Origin: a virus
Lineage: Duplodnaviria; Caudoviricetes
Virus record (IMG/VR): IMGVR_UViG_2974702911_000001
Location: 1-64,000 of that record
Length of the DNA: 64,000 bases
Strand: one strand, 5' to 3'
Part shown: positions 19,648-30,388 of the stretch, piece by piece
Numbering within the stretch: the first letter of the stretch is position 1
Layout: every line of letters begins with the position of its first letter
Notes under the pieces: model-generated
Databases searched by the model: none
Seen by the model: only the letters and a program-made list of their open reading frames with translations
What the model was told of the DNA's origin: nothing
Translations under genes and position numbers: made by a program

Positions 19648-22160
19648 TGGGTGCCAGTCTCCCTAATGGTCAGGCCGGGCTTGACCCCGGCGCTTGGCTC
19701 GCTCATTGGATGCTTACCAATGACCTGTCCAAGCTGGCTAACCGCACAGAGGAAGAGGTACGCGAGTATTTCGCCGCTCAGGTGCAGCAGGACGGCGGGT
19801 GGAACGACGCTTCGACCACGTTCTTTCAACTGATCCTTGGCGGCTTTCAGAGCCTTGGCGAGTTCTCTTCCCTGATCGTTCAGGCGATTACGGGGGAGCC
19901 GGGCGCGCTAACGGACCTTAGCGCTTTCCTTAACGAGCGCTGGGCCGATCTGGCGGCGGCATTCGGCGCTATTGGCGACTTGATCGACGCGATTGCGGGC
20001 GAGGCTGGCTCGTCGCTGGCTGATGCGATTGAGAAGCTGGCGACCTACCTGACGGAGGCGTCCCCGCTTAACGCTCTTAACCTGTTCGGCCAGATCGCGC
20101 CGGGCAACATTGGTCAGGTCGGCTTGGGCGCTATCGGCAACGTGTCACCGGAGTTGCTTGACAACGGCGGCATGAATAGCGCGATTTCGGTCAAGAACAA
20201 CCCGGACTTTGTGTGGGACGGCACGGTGGGCCGGTCCAACGTGGGGTCGGCTAAGACGACCGCTAACGGGACGATTAAGACGCTGCGCTCCAACACGGTG
20301 GGTGTCACGCAGGACGAGGAACTGGCCGTGTCGGTGTGGGCCAGGTACACGGGCGTCACGGCGACGGCGGGCCAGGACGGCATCCGCATGTCGGTGTCGG
20401 CCTACGCGGACCCAGGCGGTGATGGCGTCCTGTCGCTCGTCAGCACGACGATGCTGGGTGGCGTTGAGTCTCCTACGGGTGATTCGGCGGGCTGGGTTCA
20501 ATTTGTAGACACGTACGAGGTTCCGGCAGGGGTTGACTACGTGGTGGTCGAATTGACCGTCACAAGCGCTGTGAGCGCCGGAACGGTCTGGTTCGATGAC
20601 GCGTCCCTGAAAAAGAACGCGAACTTCCGCATGGAGTGGGTTAGCGGTCTGCTGTCTCGGTTCAACCAAGTCACCGCTGAGCTTGAGGACGCCATTAGTC
20701 AGGTGTTGCACCTTGAAGAGTGGCAGGACTTTCTAGATCAGGTTAAGGGCGGCGTCGGCGGGACGATTAACGACCTGCTTAGCAAGATTCAGTGGCTCAC
20801 TGGCGGCGGTCTGTTCGATGCGTCGAAGCTAACGAACGCTAGCAACGTTGTGGAGCTTCCGGGTACCAAGGTGACCGGCATTGCGACGAACATCGTCGAG
20901 GACTTCCAGAACAACATTGACGCGCTGGTGAACCGGCTGTTCGGCAGCAATAACTCAAACCAGACGCTAGCGGACGCTAACGAGGCGCTTAAGTCGCTTA
21001 AAGAGACTGTTATGGGCCTGTCGCAGGACGTGCAGGACTTGAAGATTCAGACGACCGGCAATAACAACTCGGGTAAGAACTACCGGGTTGATTTCACTAA
21101 GCTGCCTCCGTCGTCGGACTTTTCGACGGCTCCGTTCGATCTGACGTATCTCAACAGCACCGGCCATCTGCGGATTAACGGACAGGCTGAGTGGGTCGAG
21201 GGCAGCGGCGCGGACAACTATGTGCTGGCTCGCTATACGGGCGGTGTCACGGATACCGACTACCAGTTGATTCAAGCGACGGTGGCCGGGCCTCCGGAAG
21301 TGGGCGCGACTAACTGGGCGTGCGCGCGCATGAGCGCCGACAAGGGCACGTTCGTCTATGCCAAGGGCTACCGGGCGGGCGCGTTTGGCTTGGGCTTCTA
21401 CGCGGAGCTTGGCTGCTATGTGGGCGGCGTTCCGCACGTCTTTCTGACGAATATCCCGGCGACGTACAACTACAACCTTTCGGTCCGCGTGGGTATCTCA
21501 GGTAACCCTTACCGGTTCCAGGTGCTAAGCGGCTCTAAGGTCGTGGCCGATTACACGGACACGACGCATGTAAGCCAGATGGGCGCGAGCTATCGCGGCT
21601 GGGGCTTCATGTCCACGACGGGTAACTCCGGCTCGGCGTCTCCGGCTCCGGCTGCTTTCGTCGGGTGCTCGGATAACGCTCCGGTGGCAGTGATTGGTAC
21701 CACGATGCGCGCGTACCGGTCGGTGACTACTAACGTCACGCCGTCTACGGGTGATGTGGTCCTGCCTGCTAACACGTTCGATGTTGTCGATTACAAGAGC
21801 GACGACTTGGTGTGGAATCCGGCGACTAACGCGGTAATGGTCACTAAGGACGGTACCTACATCTGCACGATGCGTCTTGAGTACGACAACGTTGCAGGCA
21901 TGGGCGCTACCGACTGGCATTCCATTTGGTACGTCAACGGTGTCAATAAGGCGATTGGTAAGCCAACTAAGTCGGTGGCGATTAACGGTTTCGGTGTCCC
22001 GGCCACGTCGTTGGACTCGGGTATCGGCGGCGATCCGTTCATCTATTACCTCAAGGCGGGAGACATTCTCCAATTGGGCATGGGTTCGTCTGGTTCAACT
22101 CAGATCAAGGGTGAGAGCACCGGTAAGTGGACGTACTTCACGGTAACTAAAATGGGCTAA
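19647..22160 (+). CDS. minor tail protein (carbohydrate-binding-like domains)
   Basis: 837 aa; SPLNALNLFG, VWFDDASL motifs. Confidence 0.85.
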   Translation: MGASLPNGQAGLDPGAWLAHWMLTNDLSKLANRTEEEVREYFAAQVQQDGGWNDASTTFFQLILGGFQSLGEFSSLIVQAITGEPGALTDLSAFLNERWADLAAAFGAIGDLIDAIAGEAGSSLADAIEKLATYLTEASPLNALNLFGQIAPGNIGQVGLGAIGNVSPELLDNGGMNSAISVKNNPDFVWDGTVGRSNVGSAKTTANGTIKTLRSNTVGVTQDEELAVSVWARYTGVTATAGQDGIRMSVSAYADPGGDGVLSLVSTTMLGGVESPTGDSAGWVQFVDTYEVPAGVDYVVVELTVTSAVSAGTVWFDDASLKKNANFRMEWVSGLLSRFNQVTAELEDAISQVLHLEEWQDFLDQVKGGVGGTINDLLSKIQWLTGGGLFDASKLTNASNVVELPGTKVTGIATNIVEDFQNNIDALVNRLFGSNNSNQTLADANEALKSLKETVMGLSQDVQDLKIQTTGNNNSGKNYRVDFTKLPPSSDFSTAPFDLTYLNSTGHLRINGQAEWVEGSGADNYVLARYTGGVTDTDYQLIQATVAGPPEVGATNWACARMSADKGTFVYAKGYRAGAFGLGFYAELGCYVGGVPHVFLTNIPATYNYNLSVRVGISGNPYRFQVLSGSKVVADYTDTTHVSQMGASYRGWGFMSTTGNSGSASPAPAAFVGCSDNAPVAVIGTTMRAYRSVTTNVTPSTGDVVLPANTFDVVDYKSDDLVWNPATNAVMVTKDGTYICTMRLEYDNVAGMGATDWHSIWYVNGVNKAIGKPTKSVAINGFGVPATSLDSGIGGDPFIYYLKAGDILQLGMGSSGSTQIKGESTGKWTYFTVTKMG

Positions 22161-22169
22161 GGGGGGCTT

Positions 22170-23369
22170 ATGTCGTGGGATATAAGCCCACCTGATCGGA
22201 CGCATAGCCCGGCGCGGGGTTGGTTTCCTCCGATTGACAGCACGCCTCCGACATATTCGGCGGGTTGGTGGGTGGTTCTCAACGTGGAGAACGCCTTATC
22301 GGTGCATTGCGTTACGGAGGCTGAGCTTGGCGCGCTGCTGAATCTGGACATGGTTGCGGCGGTTGAGGCTGACCGGGACGCGGCTCTGCGCCAGGTGTCC
22401 ATGCTGGTTGCGGATAGCCCGATTGCGGTTGACCGTGTGCTCCACATAAGCGCGACGTTCCAGTTCGACGCTGAGTTGTCGGTGGCCGTGGAGAGGTCGC
22501 TTGGGTTTTCCCGGACTACCGGTCTGGACTTGGCGGCGCTGATTACGGCGAACCTGTCAGCCGGGCTTAGGTCAGTCGGCCCTCTTAGCACTCCGCTAAG
22601 CGTGTCGGCCAACCGGGCTGCGGCCTTCACGAAGGTTGCACCGCTGACCTTGGCGAGGTCGGTGTCGGTGGATCAGGCCGCAGAGCTTGCCATTCGGTCG
22701 AGCATTGACGCGGCTCAGACGATCACCGGCAACCGGGCGCTTGAGCTTGCGCGGGTCAATTCGATTAGCGCGGCTCAGACGGTTAACGCTGCCCGCTACG
22801 CGGAAATGGGTTTCCCTCCGTACACGGCAGCCGGGCAGACGTTTACGGCGGTGGGCGCTTACACGTACACGATTCCGCGTAGGTGCAACTTCATTGACGT
22901 GATTCTGCTCGGCGGCGGTGGTGGTGGTCGCGGGATGATCAACTTCGGTGCCTGGGGGCAGGGGGGGCGCGCGTCATCGTGGGCCATCGTGACTCTTACG
23001 CGCGGTGTGCATATTCCGTGGGGCACGTTGACGATCACCGGCTCTGTTGGGGACGGCGGCGCTGGTAGCGCGGCGGGGTTCCTTCCCTCTGCGGGTTCCC
23101 CTGGCGGTAATACGACGGCGGCGGCTGCGGGCTGGGGCGGGCTTACGTCTACGGGCGGGGCTGGCGGCGGTAATGCTGTGGACCCCGGTGGACAGGGTGT
23201 GGACCCGCAGACTCAGACGCTTAACGGTCAGACCTATACGGGCGGCGGGCTAACCGCTGGCGGGGATGACGCTGGCGTTCCTGGTGGCGGTGGCCCTGCG
23301 GGAATCGTGACCTTTTCTGCGGGCAAAAAGGGTGGTCGCGGTCAGGCGTGGTTTTACGCATATCAATAA
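22170..23369 (+). CDS. minor tail protein, glycine-rich C-terminus
   Basis: FTAVGAYTYTIP...VILLGGGGGG motif. Confidence 0.85.
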   Translation: MSWDISPPDRTHSPARGWFPPIDSTPPTYSAGWWVVLNVENALSVHCVTEAELGALLNLDMVAAVEADRDAALRQVSMLVADSPIAVDRVLHISATFQFDAELSVAVERSLGFSRTTGLDLAALITANLSAGLRSVGPLSTPLSVSANRAAAFTKVAPLTLARSVSVDQAAELAIRSSIDAAQTITGNRALELARVNSISAAQTVNAARYAEMGFPPYTAAGQTFTAVGAYTYTIPRRCNFIDVILLGGGGGGRGMINFGAWGQGGRASSWAIVTLTRGVHIPWGTLTITGSVGDGGAGSAAGFLPSAGSPGGNTTAAAAGWGGLTSTGGAGGGNAVDPGGQGVDPQTQTLNGQTYTGGGLTAGGDDAGVPGGGGPAGIVTFSAGKKGGRGQAWFYAYQ

Positions 23370-23396
23370 CTCAATAACAACTTCATAGGGGGCTTT

Positions 23397-23780
23397 ATGG
23401 CGTACGGAATTTCAACGTACCTTGCTAACAAGCTGCTGGATCACGCGTTTAGGAATGTGGCTTATACGCCACCTACCGCGATTTACGCGCGTCTGCACCT
23501 GGGCGATCCGGGCGCGGCGGGCACTTCTAACGGCTCGGCTCTGACCACGCGTATTGCAACGACGTTCTCTGCTGCGGCTTCCGGCGTTATCGCTATCTCC
23601 AATACTCCGGAGTTCACGCTTAACGCGACGGAAACCATTGTGGGTGTCTCGTTCTGGGACGCGTCTACTGGCGGCAACTTTCTGTACTCGGTGCAGGCGG
23701 CGGTATCTAAGGGTGGCGCTTCGGGCGACATTATCCGCCTGGCTACTAACACGTTCGGTTTGTCGCCGATTGCTGCTTAA
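23397..23780 (+). CDS. minor tail protein
   Basis: YLANKLLDH, LHLGDPG, FWDASTGGNFL motifs. Confidence 0.8.
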   Translation: MAYGISTYLANKLLDHAFRNVAYTPPTAIYARLHLGDPGAAGTSNGSALTTRIATTFSAAASGVIAISNTPEFTLNATETIVGVSFWDASTGGNFLYSVQAAVSKGGASGDIIRLATNTFGLSPIAA

Positions 23781-23791
23781 GGGGGTTAAGG

Positions 23792-24733
23792 ATGCTTAAC
23801 CTCGCTCCGACGATGGAAACGCTCGCCTTGTCGGCGGGCAGCGCGTTTGAGATTCCGGGTTGGCGGCTTAAGGGCGCTTACCCGGCTGGCACCGTGGCGA
23901 AGATCGTTTTCACGGATGACGCGGGCGGTCTGCTGGGGGAGTTCTCCGGCTCGGTGACCGCTAAGGAAATTCACTACATTCAGACTGCGGATGACGTTAA
24001 GGACATTCCGCACGGCGCTAACTTTCAGATGTTCGTTCAGTACCCGGCCATGCAGCCGATCTGTACGCATTACGGAACGGTGATTCGGCGCGAGCCGCGT
24101 TATCCGCTTAGCACGGTGGTTAGTCCTGAGGACTCGGCGGTGCAGTACACGGCGAACTTCATTGGCGAATATATCGGGCCGATGTGGAAGCCGATGGGTA
24201 ACGGCTGGGGATCGCTTGGGATTCACACGCACGCACTGATCAGTCAGGACCCGTCAATGGGTCCGAACTACTCGCTGTTTAGCGAGGCGTGCGCGCGCTG
24301 GCTGTGGCCGCTGAATATGGACTCGGTAACGATCAACATTAAGGTCCTTAACGTCGGTGCCGGAAAGATGAATGTCATCGTCTGCGGCGATTACTCGCTT
24401 GAGTCGTACATGGGCATTCAGTTTGAAACCGGGGTCAGCAATAACCGGGTCCGGGCGATTACCGGCAATGGTCCTTTGGAATACGACTACCAGGGGAGCG
24501 CGGTCAATAACACGGTCGCTAATGGTGACGTTTATCAGGTCAAGTACAACTTCCTGTCTAACAAGCTGGCGCTCTATAAGGGCACCAGCCTTACCCCGCT
24601 CTTGGAGTGGGAGGACGTAGACAACATCGTTCCGCACGGCGAGGGGTTCCGTTATACGGCTCTCGCTTGGCAAACGTCGCTGTTTACGCCGGGCGTTGAG
24701 CCTACAGCTTGGGAAGCCAAGGACGGCGTTTAA
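23792..24733 (+). CDS. minor tail protein
   Basis: Beta-rich; last tail-module gene; HGEGFRY motif. Confidence 0.7.
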   Translation: MLNLAPTMETLALSAGSAFEIPGWRLKGAYPAGTVAKIVFTDDAGGLLGEFSGSVTAKEIHYIQTADDVKDIPHGANFQMFVQYPAMQPICTHYGTVIRREPRYPLSTVVSPEDSAVQYTANFIGEYIGPMWKPMGNGWGSLGIHTHALISQDPSMGPNYSLFSEACARWLWPLNMDSVTINIKVLNVGAGKMNVIVCGDYSLESYMGIQFETGVSNNRVRAITGNGPLEYDYQGSAVNNTVANGDVYQVKYNFLSNKLALYKGTSLTPLLEWEDVDNIVPHGEGFRYTALAWQTSLFTPGVEPTAWEAKDGV

Positions 24734-24758
24734 GCCGGTTAAGAGAAGAAAGGAACAG

Positions 24759-24866
24759 ATGAAGCTAAAGGCAATTCTATTCGTGCTAGGTCTGGCCGTG
24801 AAGGTTATCCCCGGCAAGGTGGATGACGAGGCTTACGAGCTGATCAAGAAGCTGCTAGGTCAGTAA
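24759..24866 (+). CDS. small hydrophobic protein upstream of lysin A, not in ORF track
   Basis: AAGGAA RBS; MKLKAILFVLGLAVKVIPGKVDDEAYELIKKLLGQ; TAATG coupling to lysin A. Confidence 0.6.
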   Translation: MKLKAILFVLGLAVKVIPGKVDDEAYELIKKLLGQ

Positions 24867-26338
24867 TGCCTAGAACCGTTTACGGAAACGATTGGTCCGA
24901 AAACGGTTGGAGAATGATTTGGGACACGGAGTGCCAGTGGACGACAATCCCTGGCACTTCGGTTTCATTGCAGATCGCTAAGGGGTGGCCGCTCGCTATC
25001 ATGCGGGCGTTCGCCGCCGATTTCAACGCTTATGTCGAACCTCTGCGTGACCCGGACTCTGCGTGTTGGACGCTAACCAACTCGGTTGGCACGTCTAACC
25101 ACCTGTCGGGCACTGCGATGGACCTTAACTGGAATTCGCACCCGTTTAAGATCGCTAACGCGGGCTTTGACGCGGCGAAGATCGCTACTATCCGGGAGCT
25201 TTTGGCTTTCTACGAGAGCACGATTTTCTGGGGTAACGACTGGACTTCGCCTAAAGACGCGATGCATTTCCAGATGGGTTACAACACGTACGGCCAGGCG
25301 CGTGTGGGCGACTTCATTGCGCGCAAGATCAGGGCTGACGGGTTCTCTACGTTCCGGCGCGGGAATGCGCCTCAGGCGTCCGATCCGGCGCTGATCCTGT
25401 CTCGGGCTACCGGCCTGACGATTAATCGCGCACAGGAGATTCTACCGGCTGTTGCGGCGGGTCTGAGGCAGTCGGACTGCCTGACCCCGGCCCGTATCGC
25501 TATGTGGCTCGCTCAGTGCGGCCATGAGTCGGCGGGGTTCAACGCGACGGAGGAATACGAGAGCGGCGACGAGTCGCAGGAGCGTTGGAAGTACAAGGGT
25601 CGGACGTGGATTCAACTGACGTGGCTTAGCGCTTATCGCGGCTTCGGTCAGTGGTGCTACGCGCGCGGCCTGGTCAATGACCCGGAAGTGTTCGTTAAGA
25701 ATCCGAAGTCCCTGGCCGATCTGCAATGGGCTGGCCTTGGCGCTGCCTACTACTGGACGACGACCGTCCGGAGTACGCGCAAGTATCCGACGCTTAATGA
25801 GGCTTCGGACGCGCGCGACGTGTTGGTGGCAACTCAAATCATTAACGGTGGGACTAACGGCCTTAGCGACCGTCAGGACCGCTACAACCGTGCCGTCGCT
25901 GTTGGCGACGATCTAACGCTAATTGTCAATGAGGGGGATGATTTCTTGTCTGCACTAAGCGCTGATGAGCAGCGCGAAATGCTGGCGTACTTACGGTGGG
26001 CGTTTAAGCCTGTCACTGGCGAACTAACAAAGCAGTTCCCGCACCGTTCTATGTACGCGGGTAGTCCGGATACGGACACCTTCGCCGGTCGGGCGATTAG
26101 CGCTCATGCCTTTGGCTGGGATTACCGCGTGGAGTATTCGGCGCGGCTCGGTGAGGAATGGGCTATCGACACTATCGCTCAAGCAGCGGCGGGCACGCTG
26201 TGGGGCGTTAAGCGTGATGACGGGTCTGTTGACCAGTTCCGCGTTAACCACGCTAAGAGCGTTCTAGCCGATCTGGAAAAGAACCATCCGGATGTGCTTG
26301 AGGCGTATCTAGCTAAAAAGAGGGGAGGGGCTGCCTAA
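24866..26338 (+). CDS. lysA: lysin A (M15-like peptidase + GH19-like domain)
   Basis: SNHLSGTAMDLN...DAMHF zinc-peptidase motifs; HESAGF...YKGRTWIQLT and INGGTNGL GH19 motifs. Confidence 0.92.
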   Translation: MPRTVYGNDWSENGWRMIWDTECQWTTIPGTSVSLQIAKGWPLAIMRAFAADFNAYVEPLRDPDSACWTLTNSVGTSNHLSGTAMDLNWNSHPFKIANAGFDAAKIATIRELLAFYESTIFWGNDWTSPKDAMHFQMGYNTYGQARVGDFIARKIRADGFSTFRRGNAPQASDPALILSRATGLTINRAQEILPAVAAGLRQSDCLTPARIAMWLAQCGHESAGFNATEEYESGDESQERWKYKGRTWIQLTWLSAYRGFGQWCYARGLVNDPEVFVKNPKSLADLQWAGLGAAYYWTTTVRSTRKYPTLNEASDARDVLVATQIINGGTNGLSDRQDRYNRAVAVGDDLTLIVNEGDDFLSALSADEQREMLAYLRWAFKPVTGELTKQFPHRSMYAGSPDTDTFAGRAISAHAFGWDYRVEYSARLGEEWAIDTIAQAAAGTLWGVKRDDGSVDQFRVNHAKSVLADLEKNHPDVLEAYLAKKRGGAA

Positions 26339-26751
26339 TGGGTCCTAAAATTCGTCAGTCCATTTATTATCTCGGCGCAATTGTGCCGGGGCTTATGGGT
26401 CTGTTCATGCTCTGGGGCGGTCTGACCCAAGACGACGCTAACAGCATTGAGAGCATCGTCAGCGGTGTCGTTGCGATTCTCGGGTCTGCGGCTCCGGCCA
26501 CGGCTGCGGTCAAGGTTCAGCAGCAGCGTAAGGATGGGACGTTCAATTCCGTTAGCCCGGCTGAGGCCGTCGTTAACGGTGTCCAGGCGGTGCTTGAGGC
26601 GCAGGCTACGGCGGCGGCTGAGGTTGACAAGGTTAAGACCGCCATTACCGGCGCGGTTAACCAGATTCCGGGCTTCGGTCCGCTGGCCGCTCAGGTAATC
26701 CAAGCGTCGGGTTTTGACACTCTTCCGGATATCTGGAAGCCACAGGGCTAA
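26338..26751 (+). CDS. holin
   Basis: Two hydrophobic helices; located between lysin A and lysin B. Confidence 0.8.
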   Translation: MGPKIRQSIYYLGAIVPGLMGLFMLWGGLTQDDANSIESIVSGVVAILGSAAPATAAVKVQQQRKDGTFNSVSPAEAVVNGVQAVLEAQATAAAEVDKVKTAITGAVNQIPGFGPLAAQVIQASGFDTLPDIWKPQG

Positions 26752-27795
26752 ATGCCTTTGAAGTTGGGCGACCGTAACGAATCGGTGCGCCAGTGGCGGG
26801 TAAAGATGAATGCGTGGTTTGGCGGGCTTTATACCCGCCTCCACGGCCCGCTGCCTATGGATACAGACGAGTTCGGCCCTCGCGCCGTGCTCTGGCAGAA
26901 AGAGTATGAGTTCCGGACCGGGCAGGTTCAGGATGGCGTGGTTAGCGATAACGACCTTAACGCGCTTAAGGTGCCGCTGCCTGTGGTCGTCGGTCCGTCG
27001 ATTATCCACTTCTCAATCAACGGTGCCGGTTCTACGTGGGACATGGGTTACCCGTATGACATTGGCGAGCTTCTAGATAAGCGGAAGTGTTATCACCAGC
27101 CGGTCGGCTATGACACTTCGCCGGTGCCTATGAGTCGTGGCGTTAAGACGGGCGTTGAAGAGTTCATTCGGCTTTTGCGTCTGCACAACTGTCAGGTTGT
27201 TCCGTGGTGCTTCACCGCGTACAGCATGGGTGCCATCGTCGCTATGACGGTGCTTATGCGGGTCCTGTACGGCGATCTGCAAGAGTTTAAGGCCACCTAC
27301 AAGGGCAGTAATGCGTTCGGCAATCCGATGCGTCAGAACGGGCATACGTTCCCCGGCTGCGCGTACTCGGACGGTGAGGGAATCGTGCTGCCTAACGCGC
27401 ATGACACTCCGGCTGAGCACTGGGACTTCACGTCGGATAAGCGGATGGTTGGCGCTAAGGGGGATGACCTCTACTCGTCGTTCGCTAAGCCGGGTACCTC
27501 GGCTGATCAGAACGAGAACATGCGCGCTGTCTGGGACATTGTGAATACCGGTAACCCGCTTAACTTGGGTAAGCAGGTATTGGAGTTGGTTCTGTCTCCG
27601 ACGTGGCACGAAGCGCAGGGCGCTTTCACTGCTGCGTGGGACGCGATTGTGTTCTTTATCGCTAAGGGCACTAGCCCGCATACGACGTACCAGTTCATCA
27701 AGCCGATTCCCGGCGATCCGCGCGACTGTTGGCAGATCGCGCTTAATCACATGCAAGACATTGTTGCCAGCGTGCCTATGCGCGCGGCGGCTTAG
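26752..27795 (+). CDS. lysB: lysin B (cutinase-like serine esterase)
   Basis: N-terminal PG-binding-like segment; AYSMGA nucleophile motif; FGNPMR; late His (SPHTTY). Confidence 0.9.
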   Translation: MPLKLGDRNESVRQWRVKMNAWFGGLYTRLHGPLPMDTDEFGPRAVLWQKEYEFRTGQVQDGVVSDNDLNALKVPLPVVVGPSIIHFSINGAGSTWDMGYPYDIGELLDKRKCYHQPVGYDTSPVPMSRGVKTGVEEFIRLLRLHNCQVVPWCFTAYSMGAIVAMTVLMRVLYGDLQEFKATYKGSNAFGNPMRQNGHTFPGCAYSDGEGIVLPNAHDTPAEHWDFTSDKRMVGAKGDDLYSSFAKPGTSADQNENMRAVWDIVNTGNPLNLGKQVLELVLSPTWHEAQGAFTAAWDAIVFFIAKGTSPHTTYQFIKPIPGDPRDCWQIALNHMQDIVASVPMRAAA

Positions 27796-27807
27796 GAGGA
27801 ATGAGAA

Positions 27808-28269
27808 TTGTTGGTATATGACGAGCAGTTGCCGGTGCTGGACGACAGCTTTGAGGGCAACGAGGTAAATCTGCTGGCGGTCCGTGGCCGCAAGGTTGAC
27901 CCGCACTTTCGCCGGAACTACGCATGGGCTAAGCACGCGATTGATCGCGGCGCGCTCCGCAAGGTGGTTGTGATCGTGGCGCTTGGCTCGGACTCTTGGG
28001 TCCATACGGTCGGCGCGGTCACGTCGGCGCTCTCGGGCGGCAAGCTGCACCAGGGCGCGCGGTTCAAGGTGGACGCTGAGGTTAGCGACATTGGCACCGA
28101 CAAGGTGACGCAGGTGCTCGCGGCGCTCAAAGAGCTAGAGGGTCCTAAGGACGTGTACGTTCTGGACAATCCGAGGGCGCTTGCCACTAAGCAGCCTAAG
28201 CCGAAGCCAGCGCCGAAGCCGGAGCCTGAACAGCCGGTGGAGGATACCCCGCCAGTTAGCGAAAGCTAA
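27808..28269 (+). CDS. hypothetical protein
   Basis: AGGA RBS; in operon. Confidence 0.55.
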   Translation: MLVYDEQLPVLDDSFEGNEVNLLAVRGRKVDPHFRRNYAWAKHAIDRGALRKVVVIVALGSDSWVHTVGAVTSALSGGKLHQGARFKVDAEVSDIGTDKVTQVLAALKELEGPKDVYVLDNPRALATKQPKPKPAPKPEPEQPVEDTPPVSES

Positions 28270-28271
28270 GC

Positions 28272-28691
28272 ATGGAGACGGGCGACTGGACTGTAATGCT
28301 GACGACGAACTGGCCGACGATTGCGCTTGTCGCGTCGTTGGCGTTCGGCATCTTTGTCATCGTCCGTTTCCTGGCTGGGACTTTTGAGGCGTTTGGTGAT
28401 GCGCTCGGGCCGGTAGGGAAGTGGTTCCAGGCTCGGCGCGCTATCTCTCAGGCTGAATCAGATGATATGCGGCGTCAGATCGTGGCCCTAGATAAGCGGG
28501 TCCGGGCGCTGCTGTATCGGGACGAATGTTACTTCGCGTACATGATGACGGATGCGGAGTGGCACCGTAGGGCAGAGCTAAGGGCAATCGCTATGGGCTG
28601 GGACCTTGAGCCACATACCCCGTTCCTCCGTTTCCGCGACTCATGGATGCGCGAACGAGGTATTGGAGAGGAACTAGATATATGGACGTAA
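28272..28691 (+). CDS. membrane protein (lysis-cassette accessory)
   Basis: N-terminal TM helix followed by coiled coil. Confidence 0.65.
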   Translation: METGDWTVMLTTNWPTIALVASLAFGIFVIVRFLAGTFEAFGDALGPVGKWFQARRAISQAESDDMRRQIVALDKRVRALLYRDECYFAYMMTDAEWHRRAELRAIAMGWDLEPHTPFLRFRDSWMRERGIGEELDIWT

Positions 28692-28948
28692 CGGTGTACT
28701 CGCCGTCTACCCCTTGCACCGGTTGCATGGCTACGAAGCTCGCGCTTAAGAAGAACGGAATCCCGTTTGCTGCGGTGATCGCGTCTGATGAGCAGATTGA
28801 GGCGTTCAAGGCTGATGGGCACGCTGCGTTCCCGGTTGTTGTCGTTGATTGCGGCGACGGCGCTACGTGGACGTGGAGTGGTTATCGCCATGACGACATT
28901 AAGCGACTGAAAGAACTAAGTGAGGAAACGAAGCCGTTAGCGGCTTAA
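28682..28948 (+). CDS. NrdH-like glutaredoxin
   Basis: VTVYS..PCTGC..TK motif; WSGYR; GAGGA RBS before ATG 28682. Confidence 0.85.
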   Translation: MDVTVYSPSTPCTGCMATKLALKKNGIPFAAVIASDEQIEAFKADGHAAFPVVVVDCGDGATWTWSGYRHDDIKRLKELSEETKPLAA

Positions 28949-28954
28949 CAAACT

Positions 28955-29012
28955 CGGGCACTCGCGCTCCCTCTATTTCCCCGGAGGTTGAGCGCGGGTG
29001 CCCGCTTTTTTT
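28955..29012 (+). terminator. intrinsic terminator ending the left-arm operon
   Basis: CGGGCACTCGCGCTC / GAGCGCGGGTGCCCG stem followed by T7. Confidence 0.85.
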
Positions 29013-29267
29013 GTGTCCAAAAGAGGACCGACCCGACAACAGTGCAACAGCCGATTACCCTTTACGTGCGGGCCGGTCCCCTCGCCTTTGGATGGGGAGG
29101 CCAGGGCTAGATTGTCGGCCAGTCCTAGCCTCCCCTAAACGGCTGCCGGAGGTTAACAATGGACCGGGGGGAGGGGGTGTCCATCGCCGTCGTCCGACAG
29201 CCGTCGAAAACCCACGGTACGGCCCTTTTGCCACCTGTCAAGTTCGGGAATTAGATTCGTTTTTTAG

Positions 29268-29543
29268 CTAATTTTCGGGCCAGGTTACCGGTGGGTATTC
29301 CCCGTAGTAACCGCGCAGTTCGTCGCCCCGCAGCAAAGCTGAGTCCTGCTCGTACGCCCTGTGAACCAAGTCACGTTGGAGTTTCCTGTGAGCGTCTACC
29401 CGTCGCAGCACGTACGCAACTGACCGCTTAGTAAGTTTGAACGTCAAGTACAGCGCCAGACCGAGAAGGACCCACTTCCAGATCGCAGAGACAACCGCGA
29501 ACAGGACCGCTCCGACTACCAGCCAGACAATGAGTTCTCCCAT
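29268..29543 (-). CDS. membrane protein
   Basis: Hydrophobic N-terminal helices. Confidence 0.65.
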   Translation of the reverse strand: MGELIVWLVVGAVLFAVVSAIWKWVLLGLALYLTFKLTKRSVAYVLRRVDAHRKLQRDLVHRAYEQDSALLRGDELRGYYGEYPPVTWPEN

Positions 29544-29552
29544 ACGGAGAGC

Positions 29553-30293
29553 TTAGACTTGCGCGCCTTGGAAATACCAGACCCGGCGATGCACATTAAC
29601 GAGCCAATCGTTAACAACGTCCATGTCCGGGCGCAGCGGCAGCTTAGAGGTTTGCCCCGCCTCTTCGATCCGCTCCCGCCAATAGACGATTTCCTCAAGC
29701 GCCCTAGCCTCGCTTAGCTCGCCATTGCGGACGCTAAGCAGAAAATCGCGCGCGAGGTCATGCATGGGCATGGTCATCGTTTGGTGCGTCAGCATTTCGT
29801 GACCCTGAATCAGTAGCCGGATCGCGTGGAACGCGGCCTTGGTGTCGTAACCGTGCTTAGCGATTAGTTCGGGCCGGTTGGTCCTGGGCGCGCGCACGCC
29901 GGTCAGCCGGTCGTACATTCCGTTGGCGTACCCGACGTGGGTTACCGCGATCTGCCGGGACAGGAGGTTAGGCGCGAATGCCTGCAAGCCGATTGTGTCG
30001 GGCCATGCCAGGTTCGGCGTGAATAGCAGCGTGTGCAGCGTCGGGTTACCCTTGACGATTTCGCTGACGAACTTCCGGAGGCCGTAGTAGACAATCTCCG
30101 TGTCTCCCGGCTCGCTCTTAACCCCTTCGGCCCGGTCCCTCACTTTGAACGCTCCACGGAGCGCTGAGAGGCCAATAAGCCCCTCTGGCGGGTCGGCGTA
30201 GACCGCGATGTAGTCGTGATCGCTCTCCGGCACGCCCAGGCCGTGTGCGATTGATCCGATTTCCCCCATGATGAGCGGCTGTACGTCAGCCAT
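29553..30293 (-). CDS. predicted nucleotidyltransferase (RlaP/YcgL-like, Pol-beta fold)
   Basis: GSIAHGL...SDHD, KGNPT, YDTKAAFHAIRLL motifs; GGGGAGA RBS. Confidence 0.85.
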   Translation of the reverse strand: MADVQPLIMGEIGSIAHGLGVPESDHDYIAVYADPPEGLIGLSALRGAFKVRDRAEGVKSEPGDTEIVYYGLRKFVSEIVKGNPTLHTLLFTPNLAWPDTIGLQAFAPNLLSRQIAVTHVGYANGMYDRLTGVRAPRTNRPELIAKHGYDTKAAFHAIRLLIQGHEMLTHQTMTMPMHDLARDFLLSVRNGELSEARALEEIVYWRERIEEAGQTSKLPLRPDMDVVNDWLVNVHRRVWYFQGAQV

Positions 30294-30388
30294 GTTTCTC
30301 CCCTAAAACGGAGCTAGCCCCGATGCGATCCCCCTCCCAGAGGCGCACCAGGGCTAGCGGTCCGTGTACGTCCGTGACGTACCCCCGT